A stretch of DNA of 46,817 nt from Oscillospiraceae bacterium. GTDB lineage: Bacteria; Bacillota; Clostridia; Oscillospirales; Acutalibacteraceae. The stretch's first letter is position 1. The number at the start of each line of letters is the position of its first letter. The position numbers and the translations under genes were made by a program. Location: the NCBI GenBank assembly GCA_031270785.1, contig JAISWM010000113.1:1-46817 (forward strand), read 5' to 3'. Under the pieces are notes generated by a model that worked only from the letters and a program-made list of their open reading frames with translations, was not told where the DNA came from and did no database searches. Positions 34,789 to 43,106 of the stretch are shown here, piece by piece.

Positions 34789-36891
34789 TTAGCTGCATTT
34801 AAATTTTTGAGAACTTTCCAATTGGCTTTTTTCCATCCTATCTATTCTATCTTCTTTAAAAATTTTAAATAGTTCCGTTTGACTGTTAAAAATTTTCTTA
34901 TCTTTTATATTTTCTTTTAAATAAACAGCGTCGGAGTTTTGAATTCTAGCATTAAAGTTATCCTTAAGAATAGTATTTAAAATACCGATATATTTATTTT
35001 TAAGATCAGGGTCTTCAATCGGGAACGCAAGCTCTATTCTTCTATCCAGATTTCTGGGCATAATGTCTGCGCTGCCCATATAAAGTTTTGGATCTCCGCC
35101 ATTTTCAAAATAAAAAATACGGCTGTGTTCAAGGAGCCTTCCCACAATACTTCTGACTTCAATATTTTCACTTATACCTTTAACACCTGGTACCAAACAA
35201 CATATTCCTCTAACTATCAATTTAATTTTCACACCCTCGCAAGAGGCCTTATAAAGCATTTCAATAATCTTATAGTCCACCAAAGAATTTACTTTCATTA
35301 TTATTCCGTTTTTTAAGTTTTTCTTTGCGCTGCTAATTTCTTTTTTTATCATATCAATGAAGAAATCTCTCATATTTTTTGGCGCAACAACAATTTTTTT
35401 ATAATTCGGATGTAAAGAATATCCGGTAATAAAGTTAAACAAAGACGATATATCTGTGCCGAAACTTTCTTTACAAGTAAAATATCCTATATCCGTATAA
35501 TATTTAGCCGTTGTATCATTGTAATTACCGGTGCTTAGATGTATATACCTTTTTATTACATCTCTTTCTTGCCTTACAACCAATAAAACCTTACAGTGAG
35601 TTTTAAGTCCGGGAACACCGTATATAACATGGCACCCAGCTTTTTCCAACTTTTTGGCCCAAACTATATTTTTTTCTTCATCAAAACGTGCTTTCAATTC
35701 CACAAGTACTGTTACCTGCTTACCGTTTTCAGCCGCTTTGATAAGCGCGTCAATTATTGGAGAATTTCCGCTTACCCTATATAAAGTTTGCTTTATTGCC
35801 AGTACGTTTTTGTCTTCGGCGGCTTTTTGCACAAACTTTATTACACAATCAAAACTTTCAAACGGATGATAAACAATTTTGTCTTTTTCGGATATAGATT
35901 TAAAAATGTGATCATAATTTAAAAATTCCACCGGCGGATTTACAGGCTGCATATCTTTATATTTCAACTTTTTATCATTAATTTCATCATAAAATTTAGA
36001 TAAAAAAGCAAAGTCAAATGGGCCTTTTGACACATATATTTCTTTCTTGCTTGCGTCGAGTATATCTATTAAAAAATTTTGTATGGATTCGCTTTCTGTA
36101 TTACCTATTTCAAGCCTTACTAACGTGCCGTGTTTGCGTTTCTTTATGGATTTTTCCATTTCCATTAAAAGGTCTTCGGCCTCTTCGTCTATCTCTAAAT
36201 CTGAGTCTCTGGTAATTCTAAATGTGCAGCTTGACGTTATTTCATGTATTTCAAAAAGTTTAGGAAGTTCATGTATTATAATATTTTCAAGTAAAATATA
36301 ACTTTTAAATTTTTTACTCGGAAGTTTAATAAATCTTGGAAGTATAGCGGGAACTTGCACTATTCCAAAATTAGATTCGTCTTCCCCGCTGCTTAGTTCC
36401 ACCGCAATATTTAAAGTCTTGTTAGCCAAAAACGGGAAAGGCCTTGATTGATCTATTGCCAAAGGGGTAAGAACCGGAAAAATTATTCTATTAAAAAAAT
36501 CTTCTGTAAATTTTATTTGCTCTGCATTTAATTCTTTCCATTTTAAAATTTCTATATCTTCTTTTTTAAGATCGGGTAATATCATCTTATGAAAACAAAA
36601 ATACTGCTTTTTATAAAAATCGCGTATTTTTTCAGTAAGAGAATGCAAAAGCTGTTTAGGCTTTAACCCCGACAAGTCTTTTTCAGTAGATTTAATTTCG
36701 ACATTTTCCATTATACCAGCAACCCTAACCATAAAAAACTCGTCTAAATTGGAAGATGAAATAGACAAAAATTTTACCCTCTCCATAATAGGATTATTTT
36801 TATCCATGGCCTCTTCCAGTACACGATAATTAAAATCCATCCAGCTGATCTCTCTGTTATTATATAAAAAATTTTTTTGATTTTTACTCAT
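34789..36891 (-). CDS. ppk: Polyphosphate kinase 1
   Basis: Motifs ISWMDFNYRVLEEA, SNLDEFFMVRV, HLSTGNYN and GSADIMPRNLDRRIE. The ATG at 36891 follows AGGTGA. The tracked ORF extension to 36993 runs through a repeat hairpin. Confidence 0.93.
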   Translation of the reverse strand: MSKNQKNFLYNNREISWMDFNYRVLEEAMDKNNPIMERVKFLSISSSNLDEFFMVRVAGIMENVEIKSTEKDLSGLKPKQLLHSLTEKIRDFYKKQYFCFHKMILPDLKKEDIEILKWKELNAEQIKFTEDFFNRIIFPVLTPLAIDQSRPFPFLANKTLNIAVELSSGEDESNFGIVQVPAILPRFIKLPSKKFKSYILLENIIIHELPKLFEIHEITSSCTFRITRDSDLEIDEEAEDLLMEMEKSIKKRKHGTLVRLEIGNTESESIQNFLIDILDASKKEIYVSKGPFDFAFLSKFYDEINDKKLKYKDMQPVNPPVEFLNYDHIFKSISEKDKIVYHPFESFDCVIKFVQKAAEDKNVLAIKQTLYRVSGNSPIIDALIKAAENGKQVTVLVELKARFDEEKNIVWAKKLEKAGCHVIYGVPGLKTHCKVLLVVRQERDVIKRYIHLSTGNYNDTTAKYYTDIGYFTCKESFGTDISSLFNFITGYSLHPNYKKIVVAPKNMRDFFIDMIKKEISSAKKNLKNGIIMKVNSLVDYKIIEMLYKASCEGVKIKLIVRGICCLVPGVKGISENIEVRSIVGRLLEHSRIFYFENGGDPKLYMGSADIMPRNLDRRIELAFPIEDPDLKNKYIGILNTILKDNFNARIQNSDAVYLKENIKDKKIFNSQTELFKIFKEDRIDRMEKSQLESSQKFKCS

Positions 36892-36920
36892 TTTTTCACC
36901 TACCTGTAAAATAAATATAT

Positions 36921-37065
36921 AAATTATCTGATATGTATTTGAGTTTTTTCCCGCCGCAGGCGGGGAAAACAAAAATTTTAATACTATTTTCAAATTTGAT
37001 ATGTGTTTAAGTTCCCCCCCCGCCTGTGGCGGGGGGGAAAGTTTTAGCTATTTTGAGGCACGGCC
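36921..37065. repeat. Two hairpin modules with (A/T)TGATATGT-type left arms, the second with a B-like right arm
   Basis: TATCTGATATGTATTTGAGTTTTTTCCCGCCGCAGGCGGGGAAAAC... and TTTGATATGTGTTTAAGTTCCCCCCCCCGCCTGTGGCGGGGGGGAAAGTTTTAGCTATTTTGAGGCACGGCC. Confidence 0.55.
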
Positions 37066-37083
37066 CGCCGTGCCATCAATACA

Positions 37084-37962
37084 TCAGTCGGCTTCAAAAA
37101 TCTGTTTCATTACGTCTTTCGAGGCCTCTGACATGCCAGACTTTTTCAGTAGTTTGAATGCTACCGCGTACTTCGCCTGCCACTTTGTGACGATCTCTAT
37201 TGCAAATTGCACAAGTGCTTTTTTGGCAGAGATCAATTTTTCCTGTTCTTCTGTTAACCCGGTGTGATGATGTTTCCTTCTGGCGCAATCTTTCAGGATT
37301 TTCATTGCTTCTGCCAGTTTGTCCAACACATCAGTTTTCCAGTTTGCCGGCAGTTGTTGGGCGTGCCACTCGTCGCGGCGAAGCAGATCAAACGCCTCGT
37401 TTAGGTCGTTTGTTTGCTGGGCAAGACTTTCTAAATACTTGTACTGCGTCATCAAATCATCGTAGTACGAGCCTAGTACCTTTTCATCTTTCATGATCCA
37501 TCTGCCTAGGGCCCATACGAACGTGTCCCTATGTGTGCCTGGTCTCCACAAATCTTTAAGTGCTGGTTCTGATTCTAGATCTTTACCTTTTTTTAAAAAA
37601 CTTTCTTTAAAAAGGTGTATTTCCGTTTTCCACTTATCTCCTGCCTCGTTTAATGCTTCACCCGCTAGTGCGATTTTTTTTTGGATAGTATTCACTTTCT
37701 CGGTTATTTCAACGCGTGTGTCACAGACTATCTGTTTTACAGCTGCAATCATCGGGATCGTCCGTCCCACCTGCTTAACAACTTGTGAATTTTTATCTTG
37801 TTTCTTCAGCGTTTCCCAATCTTTTACTAGTTTTGCTAATTTCGTCACTCCCATTCTGCCATCATCCTTTCGTTGCGGCGTGCCAACCCGGTTCAGGTTC
37901 CGCCGGTCTTTCGGCGTTACTGAGTACATTAAGTTGACGCCAAATACAGTTTTAATAAACAA
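37084..37962 (-). CDS. Hypothetical protein, helical, G+C-richer than its neighbours
   Basis: 292-aa ORF with no recognised motif. The start is uncertain: internal ATGs at MYSVTPKD or MGVTKLAK are possible, the latter ~10 nt after AAAGGA. Confidence 0.55.
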   Translation of the reverse strand: MFIKTVFGVNLMYSVTPKDRRNLNRVGTPQRKDDGRMGVTKLAKLVKDWETLKKQDKNSQVVKQVGRTIPMIAAVKQIVCDTRVEITEKVNTIQKKIALAGEALNEAGDKWKTEIHLFKESFLKKGKDLESEPALKDLWRPGTHRDTFVWALGRWIMKDEKVLGSYYDDLMTQYKYLESLAQQTNDLNEAFDLLRRDEWHAQQLPANWKTDVLDKLAEAMKILKDCARRKHHHTGLTEEQEKLISAKKALVQFAIEIVTKWQAKYAVAFKLLKKSGMSEASKDVMKQIFEAD

Positions 37963-37972
37963 ATTGTTTATT

Positions 37973-38117
37973 AGAACTGTCCGTAAATTTTACAGATTGC
38001 AATCAAAATCGACGACAGCGTATGAAGATACTTCCCGGGAGATTTTGATGCAAAGCCATTTTTTAAGTGATGCATTTTTTCGATAGTTTGCGCTCTGTGA
38101 AGTTTACGGACAGGTCT
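37973..38117 (-). mobile_element. MITE family C, intact copy in reverse orientation
   Basis: AGAACTGTCCGTAAATTTTACAGATTGCAATCAAAATCGACGAC...GTGAAGTTTACGGACAGGTCT. Confidence 0.88.
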
Positions 38118-38177
38118 AATAGGGACTTTAAAATTCGAGGCTTTAATTATGTTCAGCATATATATACTCTCAAAAAG

Positions 38178-39101
38178 CTAATCATTTAAAAATTTAAGAT
38201 AATTTTTAAAATATTTCGGCAAATCACTTGTAATTTCTAAATATTCGTTATTTTTCGGATGAAGAAACCCTATAACTCTGGCGTGCAAGCACTGACCCTG
38301 AAATAAATCAAAATTCTTATTTTTATTTAATCCGTAAACCATGTCTCCTACTAACGGATATCCAATATAGGCCATATGTACTCTTATTTGATGGGTTCTG
38401 CCCGTTTTAAGTTCCAATCTGACGTGAGTATAATTCCCATACCTTTTTATGACCCGATAGTGAGTGACGGCACGCTTAGAACATTTATTTGTTACGCACA
38501 TTTTCTTTCTGCTTATAGGATCCCTCCCTATAGGAGCGTCAATAGTACCGGAATCTTTTAAAATATTTCCATGCACTATTGCCTCATATTCTCTTTTGAA
38601 ACTATGCTCTTTAATTTGCATAGCAAGAAGGCTGTGGGAAAAATCGTTTTTAGCAACTATCAAAAGGCCGCTTGTATCTTTATCTATTCTATGAACAATC
38701 CCCGGCCGAATAACGCCGTTTATACCCGAAAGAGAATCTCCGCAGTGATTCATCAAAGCATTTACCAATGTAGACGTATAATTCCCGGGCGCGGGGTGCG
38801 CAACCATACCCTTTTGTTTATTGACCACTAAAAGATCGTTATCTTCGTATATTATATCCAAAGGAATGTTTTCAGGCAGTACTGCCGCAGGTTTGGGATC
38901 TTGCGGAAATATTTTGATTATGTCTGCGTACTTTAATACATAATTTTTATCTACATTTTTTCCGTTAACTGTTATAAAACCTTCTTTAATAAGTTTATGT
39001 ATGAAGTTTCTGGACAAATTTTCAGTATTTTGGCAAACAGCAACATCTATTCTCTTGTGAACAATATCGCTTTTTGTTGCCTCAATAAGAAGCTTATCCA
39101 T
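38178..39101 (-). CDS. rluD: RluD-type 23S rRNA pseudouridine synthase
   Basis: N-terminal S4-like segment and catalytic motif HRIDKDTSGLLIVAKN. 307 aa. Confidence 0.9.
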   Translation of the reverse strand: MDKLLIEATKSDIVHKRIDVAVCQNTENLSRNFIHKLIKEGFITVNGKNVDKNYVLKYADIIKIFPQDPKPAAVLPENIPLDIIYEDNDLLVVNKQKGMVAHPAPGNYTSTLVNALMNHCGDSLSGINGVIRPGIVHRIDKDTSGLLIVAKNDFSHSLLAMQIKEHSFKREYEAIVHGNILKDSGTIDAPIGRDPISRKKMCVTNKCSKRAVTHYRVIKRYGNYTHVRLELKTGRTHQIRVHMAYIGYPLVGDMVYGLNKNKNFDLFQGQCLHARVIGFLHPKNNEYLEITSDLPKYFKNYLKFLND

Positions 39102-39561
39102 TTACTGACACCTTACTTCCACGGCCCAAATATACATAAACTATTAACAACATTCCGCCAATCGAGATACATATATCCGCAAAATTAAAAACGGGAGGGA
39201 AAAACGATAATTTTATATAGTCTATAACAAATCCTCTAAAAATTCTATCTATTAAATTGCCAACACCACCACCTACTACAAGCATTGAAGATATTATAAA
39301 TAGTTTATCATTAATTCCTCTAATGAATATTATATAAATAAAACAAAAAAATGCAAGCACGGAAAATAAAATAAAAATCCACCTGTTATTTTGGAGTATT
39401 CCAAAAGCTGCGCCTCTATTGTGTACCATTACCAGCTCCGCTACGTTTGGAATAATCACAATATTTGCGTTATTTTCATTTAAAATACCGAAAAAAATAA
39501 TTTTTAACTCTTGGTCCACTAATATCAAAAAAACAGATAATAGTACAAATAATTTTTTCAA
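39094..39561 (-). CDS. lspA: Lipoprotein signal peptidase (signal peptidase II)
   Basis: Four TM segments, with NRGAAFGIL and FNFADICISIG motifs. Overlaps rluD by 8 nt. Confidence 0.9.
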   Translation of the reverse strand: MKKLFVLLSVFLILVDQELKIIFFGILNENNANIVIIPNVAELVMVHNRGAAFGILQNNRWIFILFSVLAFFCFIYIIFIRGINDKLFIISSMLVVGGGVGNLIDRIFRGFVIDYIKLSFFPPVFNFADICISIGGMLLIVYVYLGRGSKVSVNG

Positions 39562-39586
39562 ATATGCTCCCCCAATAAAATATATA

Positions 39587-39703
39587 TATAGCTGTTACGA
39601 TTTAAAATAGCCCTCAAAAGTAAATTTATCCGTGTACTTTCTCCCAGCAGACGGCTGGGAGAAAGTTATAAAAATCAGACGCTTTTCAAACGGAACAGCT
39701 ATA
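39587..39703 (-). mobile_element. MITE family A copy (reverse)
   Basis: TATAGCTGTTACGATTTAAAATAG...CAAACGGAACAGCTATA. Confidence 0.9.
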
Positions 39704-39710
39704 GTATAAA

Positions 39711-39810
39711 TATAGCCAAAACCATTTAAAAACGCGATATTATTTATGCTCCCCCCCGCCACCGGCGGGGGGGAAACAAAAATGTCACTGTTTCAAAAGG
39801 TTTTTACTAT
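39711..39810 (+). mobile_element. Family D element
   Basis: TATAGCCAAAACCATTTAAAAACGCGATATTATTTATGCTCCCCCCCGCCACCGGCGGGGGGGAAACAAAAATGTCACTGTTTCAAAAGGTTTTTACTAT. Confidence 0.8.
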
Positions 39811-39822
39811 GGTATAATATAG

Positions 39823-39927
39823 TATAGTCGCTACATTTGAAAAAAGTAAATTTGTTCATACGGTCTCGTTCTGCCAGGTGGAGAGAGTGGCAAAAAATTA
39901 AACTTTTTTTTACGGGCATTAGCTATA
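39823..39927 (+). mobile_element. Family E element, solitary 105-bp copy (diverged hairpin)
   Basis: TATAGTCGCTACATTTGAAAAAAGTAAATTTGTTCATACGGTCTCG...TTTTACGGGCATTAGCTATA. Confidence 0.75.
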
Positions 39928-39986
39928 ATAAGGTGATGAAACTAAGCCACACCGTCTGCTGATAGTATGGGGCTATTAAAAAAATT

Positions 39987-40078
39987 GGCCATGTTTCAAA
40001 ATAATTGAAATCCTTTCTTTATTCCCCCCGCCATGGGCGGGGGGAAAAGAATATTATCAATTAATTTGGGCCACCACC
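39987..40078 (-). mobile_element. MITE family B copy with 8-9 bp TSD
   Basis: GGCCATGTTTCAAAATAATTGAAATCC...ATCAATTAATTTGGGCCACCACC, flanked by AAAAAAATT at 39978-39986 and 40079-40087. Confidence 0.85.
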
Positions 40079-40141
40079 AAAAAAATTTAAGAAAGGAAAT
40101 ATAATGAACCCCCCACTTTTTCATTATACAAGGTGAAAAAT

Positions 40142-40474
40142 ATGAGAATAGGAATTATGGGATCAGAAAATTTAAATATATCAGTAGATAAATTCGTTCC
40201 CCAATACGCATCTTATATATTAACCATAGACGGCGAAGGTATAAATAAAAATGTGGAGCAGTACGCTCGTGAACATAATCTCCCCATAAACATTTTTAAA
40301 CCTGACTTTCAAAAATTCGGTCAAAATGCTGAGCTTATAAGAAACAAACATTTATCAGTACAATCCGAAATGATTATTATAGTATGGGACGGAAAGTCTG
40401 AAATGCTCAGGGCTACCATAGAATACGCCAAAAATATAAGAAAACGCTTAAAAGTATTTTTAATAAAAAATTAG
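40142..40474 (+). CDS. Small SLOG/DUF2493-like protein (tentative)
   Basis: 110 aa from the ATG at 40142, 5 nt after AGGTGA. The pattern MRIGIMGS...IDGEGINK..EQYAREHNLPINIFKPDF.KFG.NAELIRNK...WDGKS resembles DUF2493-type SLOG proteins. Pattern match only. Confidence 0.4.
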   Translation: MRIGIMGSENLNISVDKFVPQYASYILTIDGEGINKNVEQYAREHNLPINIFKPDFQKFGQNAELIRNKHLSVQSEMIIIVWDGKSEMLRATIEYAKNIRKRLKVFLIKN

Positions 40475-40488
40475 AAAGGATAACAAAG

Positions 40489-41058
40489 ATGTGCAATACC
40501 TGGGCAAATCTTGAACGAGACTGCTTAACATGCAAAAAATGCTCGCTTTGTGAAACAAGGACTAACGTTGTTTTTGGAGAAGGCAATATTAATTCCAAAG
40601 TTATGCTTATAGGAGAAGGGCCAGGAAAAGAGGAAGATCTTCAAGGCAGGCCTTTTGTCGGCCGATCAGGAAAATTGCTTGATAAAATGCTTGAAAAAGT
40701 TGGCCTTAGCAGACAAAAAAACATATATATAGCCAATATAGTAAAATGCAGACCTCCTCAAAACAGAGATCCTTTGCCCGGTGAACAAAATGAATGCATG
40801 AATTGGTTAAGAAGCCAATTTACAATAATTAATCCCAAAATAATCGTAGCGCTTGGAAGAATAGCCGCTGCGCGCGTGATAAAACCAGATTTAAAAATAA
40901 CAAAGGAACACGGGATCATCTATAAGAAAAAAGATATTTTTATGATGGCTGTATTTCATCCGGCGGCATTATTAAGGGATCAGTCAAAAATAAGTTTTGC
41001 AGAACAAGATTTTGCTAAACTTAAGCACTTAATTGATAAAAATATATCGTATAGCTAA
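40489..41058 (+). CDS. Uracil-DNA glycosylase, family 4
   Basis: N-terminal Cys cluster CLTCKKCSLC, GEGPGKEEDLQGRPFVGRSGKLL and HPAALLR motifs. The last two codons plus the stop (TATAGCTAA) coincide with an E-type element terminus. Confidence 0.9.
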   Translation: MCNTWANLERDCLTCKKCSLCETRTNVVFGEGNINSKVMLIGEGPGKEEDLQGRPFVGRSGKLLDKMLEKVGLSRQKNIYIANIVKCRPPQNRDPLPGEQNECMNWLRSQFTIINPKIIVALGRIAAARVIKPDLKITKEHGIIYKKKDIFMMAVFHPAALLRDQSKISFAEQDFAKLKHLIDKNISYS

Positions 41059-41100
41059 TACCCTTGAAAAATATCTAATTTTTTACTACCACTCTCTCCG
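41050..41100 (-). repeat. Family E half element (reverse) overlapping the UDG stop codon
   Basis: TATAGCTAATACCCTTGAAAAATATCTAATTTTTTACTACCACTCTCTCC matches the reverse complement of the E right arm. Confidence 0.65.
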
Positions 41101-41107
41101 CAAATTC

Positions 41108-41309
41108 GGCCATGTCTCAAAATATAGCTGTTATGATTTAAAACAGTCCTCAAAAGTAAATTTATCCGTGTACTTTCTCCCAGCCGTCGGCTGGGAGAAA
41201 GTTATAGAAATTAGACGCTTTTCAAACGAAACAGCTATAGTTGAAATTCCTTCTTCCCCCCCGCCTACGGCGGGGGGGAAGATATTATCAATTAATTTGG
41301 ACCACTACC
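41108..41309 (-). mobile_element. MITE family B copy split by a family A insertion at its internal TA
   Basis: GGCCATGTCTCAAAATA (41108-41124), then A, then TAGTTGAAATTCCTTCTTCCCCCCCGCCTACGGCGGGGGGGAAGATATTATCAATTAATTTGGACCACTACC (41238-41309). Confidence 0.88.
41123..41239 (-). mobile_element. MITE family A copy nested in B with a TA duplication
   Basis: TA at 41123-41124 and 41238-41239 flanks the core TAGCTGTTATG...AACAGCTA. The B consensus has a single TA at this position (CAAAATAGTTG). Confidence 0.9.
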
Positions 41310-41368
41310 CCGATTTGAGGGGGAGGAGAAAAAAGACGTTTTAACCACTTTAAGGCATAGCAAAAATT

Positions 41369-42274
41369 TCATTGTGCACTGTGTGCACTGACGATAACGG
41401 CTTCAATTAAATTAAGTAAATCATTTATATTATTTACATTCCCAGCATGTGCGGCTTCAAGTGCGGCTTCAAATGCGTCTGCATGTGCTTTGCATTGTGT
41501 GGGGCTACGTTCATTCATTATTATAAACCAATATGCGTATGACGCTGACCATATTTTACTATGCGGTTGGGTTACCGCAGTTACATATGCAGTCGCATAT
41601 ACGTGTGCACTATTAGTCACATTGTATGCCCTATCAGCCGCATCGTCTGCACTATCAGTCGCATCGTGTGCACTATCAATCGCAAGTACATGCTTCATTA
41701 TGGGTACATACACTTCTGCATATAAGCTTGATTCCAGACGACTATGTCCCGCTGTTTTCCTGTCTGCATATACAATTGCAATTTCGTCTGCCATCTTTGG
41801 AAACAGCCCTTCAAATATCATTTGTTCATATTTGTATGCATAGGCATAGGCTTCAGTATTTCCGCTTGCTTCCACAACCTCATACGTGTTAGCAAACATG
41901 ATTGCTCTTGCAACAGGAAATCCTAATGCTATCAAGTCTGCAAATATCTCTGCCAACAAAGGGTTTTTCCCATTTGCTATTGCCTCCCCATATATGCGTT
42001 GATATGTTTCTGCATAGTTGTTCGCAATGTCTGTTGCCTCCGCTTCCGTTTTCCCTCTCATCATTGCGGTCATGAATACGTCTGTATAGATTTCCGCATC
42101 TTTTCGGCTAGCTCCTGCGCGTTCCCTGTCATAACATACAAGCTGCCATTGAGGAATACATCTAAAAACACTATCTCTGAGATCAGTATCTCCAAGTGCT
42201 GAAACTCCAAAAATGGACAAACTACTAAACAATACGGCACAACTAATAAAAACTTTTGACTTATTCTTTTTCAT
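41369..42274 (-). CDS. Hypothetical secreted protein, Ala/Tyr-rich helical repeats
   Basis: 301 aa. Signal peptide is MKKNKSKVFISCAVLFSSLSIFGVSALG. Loose A-x-x-Y-A type repeats occur (NYAETYQRIYGEA, AYAYAYKYEQ, AHVYATAYVTA). AGGAG lies 7 nt upstream. G+C-richer than its neighbours. Confidence 0.65.
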   Translation of the reverse strand: MKKNKSKVFISCAVLFSSLSIFGVSALGDTDLRDSVFRCIPQWQLVCYDRERAGASRKDAEIYTDVFMTAMMRGKTEAEATDIANNYAETYQRIYGEAIANGKNPLLAEIFADLIALGFPVARAIMFANTYEVVEASGNTEAYAYAYKYEQMIFEGLFPKMADEIAIVYADRKTAGHSRLESSLYAEVYVPIMKHVLAIDSAHDATDSADDAADRAYNVTNSAHVYATAYVTAVTQPHSKIWSASYAYWFIIMNERSPTQCKAHADAFEAALEAAHAGNVNNINDLLNLIEAVIVSAHSAQ

Positions 42275-42315
42275 AATTTTTCTCCTTAATTTAATTTATA
42301 ATCAATTGCTGTATC

Positions 42316-42344
42316 ATAATAACACTAAATTAATGAAATGTCGA
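42316..42344 (-). promoter_or_regulatory. Candidate promoter of the 41369-42274 gene (duplicated at ~42487-42515)
   Basis: On the minus strand: TCGACA (42344-42339), a 17-nt spacer, then TGtTATTAT (-10 at 42321-42316). Confidence 0.4.
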
Positions 42345-42400
42345 TATATTTTTTTGAAAATGAATATGATTTATTCAATGTGCTTTTTCGACCTTTACAC

Positions 42401-42482
42401 AAAATTCGAGGCAGTTTCGATAATGTTCCCCCCCGCCATAGGCGGGGGGAAAAGATATTATCAACTAATTTGACCCACTACC
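42401..42482 (-). mobile_element. Family B-prime variant (B left arm and hairpin, alternative second arm AAAATTCGAGGCAGTTTCGATAATGTT)
   Basis: AAAATTCGAGGCAGTTTCGATAATGTTCCCCCCCGCCATAGGCGGGGGGAAAAGATATTATCAACTAATTTGACCCACTACC. Confidence 0.75.
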
Positions 42483-42572
42483 GCATCATAATAACACTAA
42501 ATTAATGAAATGTCGATATATTTTTTTGAAAATTAATATGATTTGTTTAGTGTGCTTTTTCGGCCTTTACAC

Positions 42573-42655
42573 AAAATTCGAGGCAGTCTCGATAATGTTC
42601 CCCCCCCGCCATAGGCGGGGGGAAAAGATATTATCAATTAATTTGGACTACTACC
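42573..42655 (-). mobile_element. Family B-prime variant copy
   Basis: Near-identical to 42401-42482. Confidence 0.75.
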
Positions 42656-42735
42656 AAAATTTGAGGCAATCTCGATAATGTTCCCCCCAGCCATAGGTGG
42701 GGGGAGATATTATCAACCAATTTGACCCACTATCC
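42656..42735 (-). mobile_element. Family B-prime variant copy
   Basis: AAAATTTGAGGCAATCTCGATAATGTTCCCCCCAGCCATAGGTGGGGGGAGATATTATCAACCAATTTGACCCACTATCC. Confidence 0.7.
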
Positions 42736-42810
42736 ACGTTTTTAAATGGTTTTGGCTATATATTTGAAAATGAATATAATTTATTTAATGTGCTTTTTCG
42801 ACCTTTACAC

Positions 42811-42893
42811 AAAATTCGGGGCAGTCTCGATAATGTTTCCCCCCCGCCATAGGCGTGGGGAAAAGATATTATCAATTAATTTGGACTACTACC
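42811..42893 (-). mobile_element. Family B-prime variant copy
   Basis: AAAATTCGGGGCAGTCTCGATAATGTTTCCCCCCCGCCATAGGCGTGGGGAAAAGATATTATCAATTAATTTGGACTACTACC. Confidence 0.75.
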
Positions 42894-42975
42894 AAAATTC
42901 GGGGCAGTTTCGATAATGTTCCCCCCGCAAGTCGGCGTGAAAAAAAATATTATCAACCAATTTGGCCCACTATCC
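42894..42975 (-). mobile_element. Family B-prime variant copy (degenerate hairpin)
   Basis: AAAATTCGGGGCAGTTTCGATAATGTTCCCCCCGCAAGTCGGCGTGAAAAAAAATATTATCAACCAATTTGGCCCACTATCC. Confidence 0.65.
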
Positions 42976-43070
42976 ACGTTTTTAAATGGTTTTGGCTATA
43001 TACACGACGGCTAAAATTCTCTCGTGTGTAATATATCGTAAAAAAAAAATATTAATTTTTAAAAAAACAG

Positions 43071-43100
43071 TTGACAAAAGATATTCTGCCATATTATAAT
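43071..43100 (+). promoter_or_regulatory. Promoter of the stand-alone 5S rRNA gene
   Basis: TTGACA (43071-43076), an 18-nt spacer, then TATAAT (43095-43100). An A/T-rich UP-like tract lies at 43041-43068. Confidence 0.7.
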
Positions 43101-43106
43101 GAAAAT

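Noticed and set aside
36892-36993. N-terminal extensions of ppk (to 36993), rny (from 44012), mutL (4231) and the giant gene (26168).
   Set aside because: The ppk and rny extensions run through repeat elements. For all four genes, an internal start with a proper SD gives the canonical or a better-supported N-terminus.
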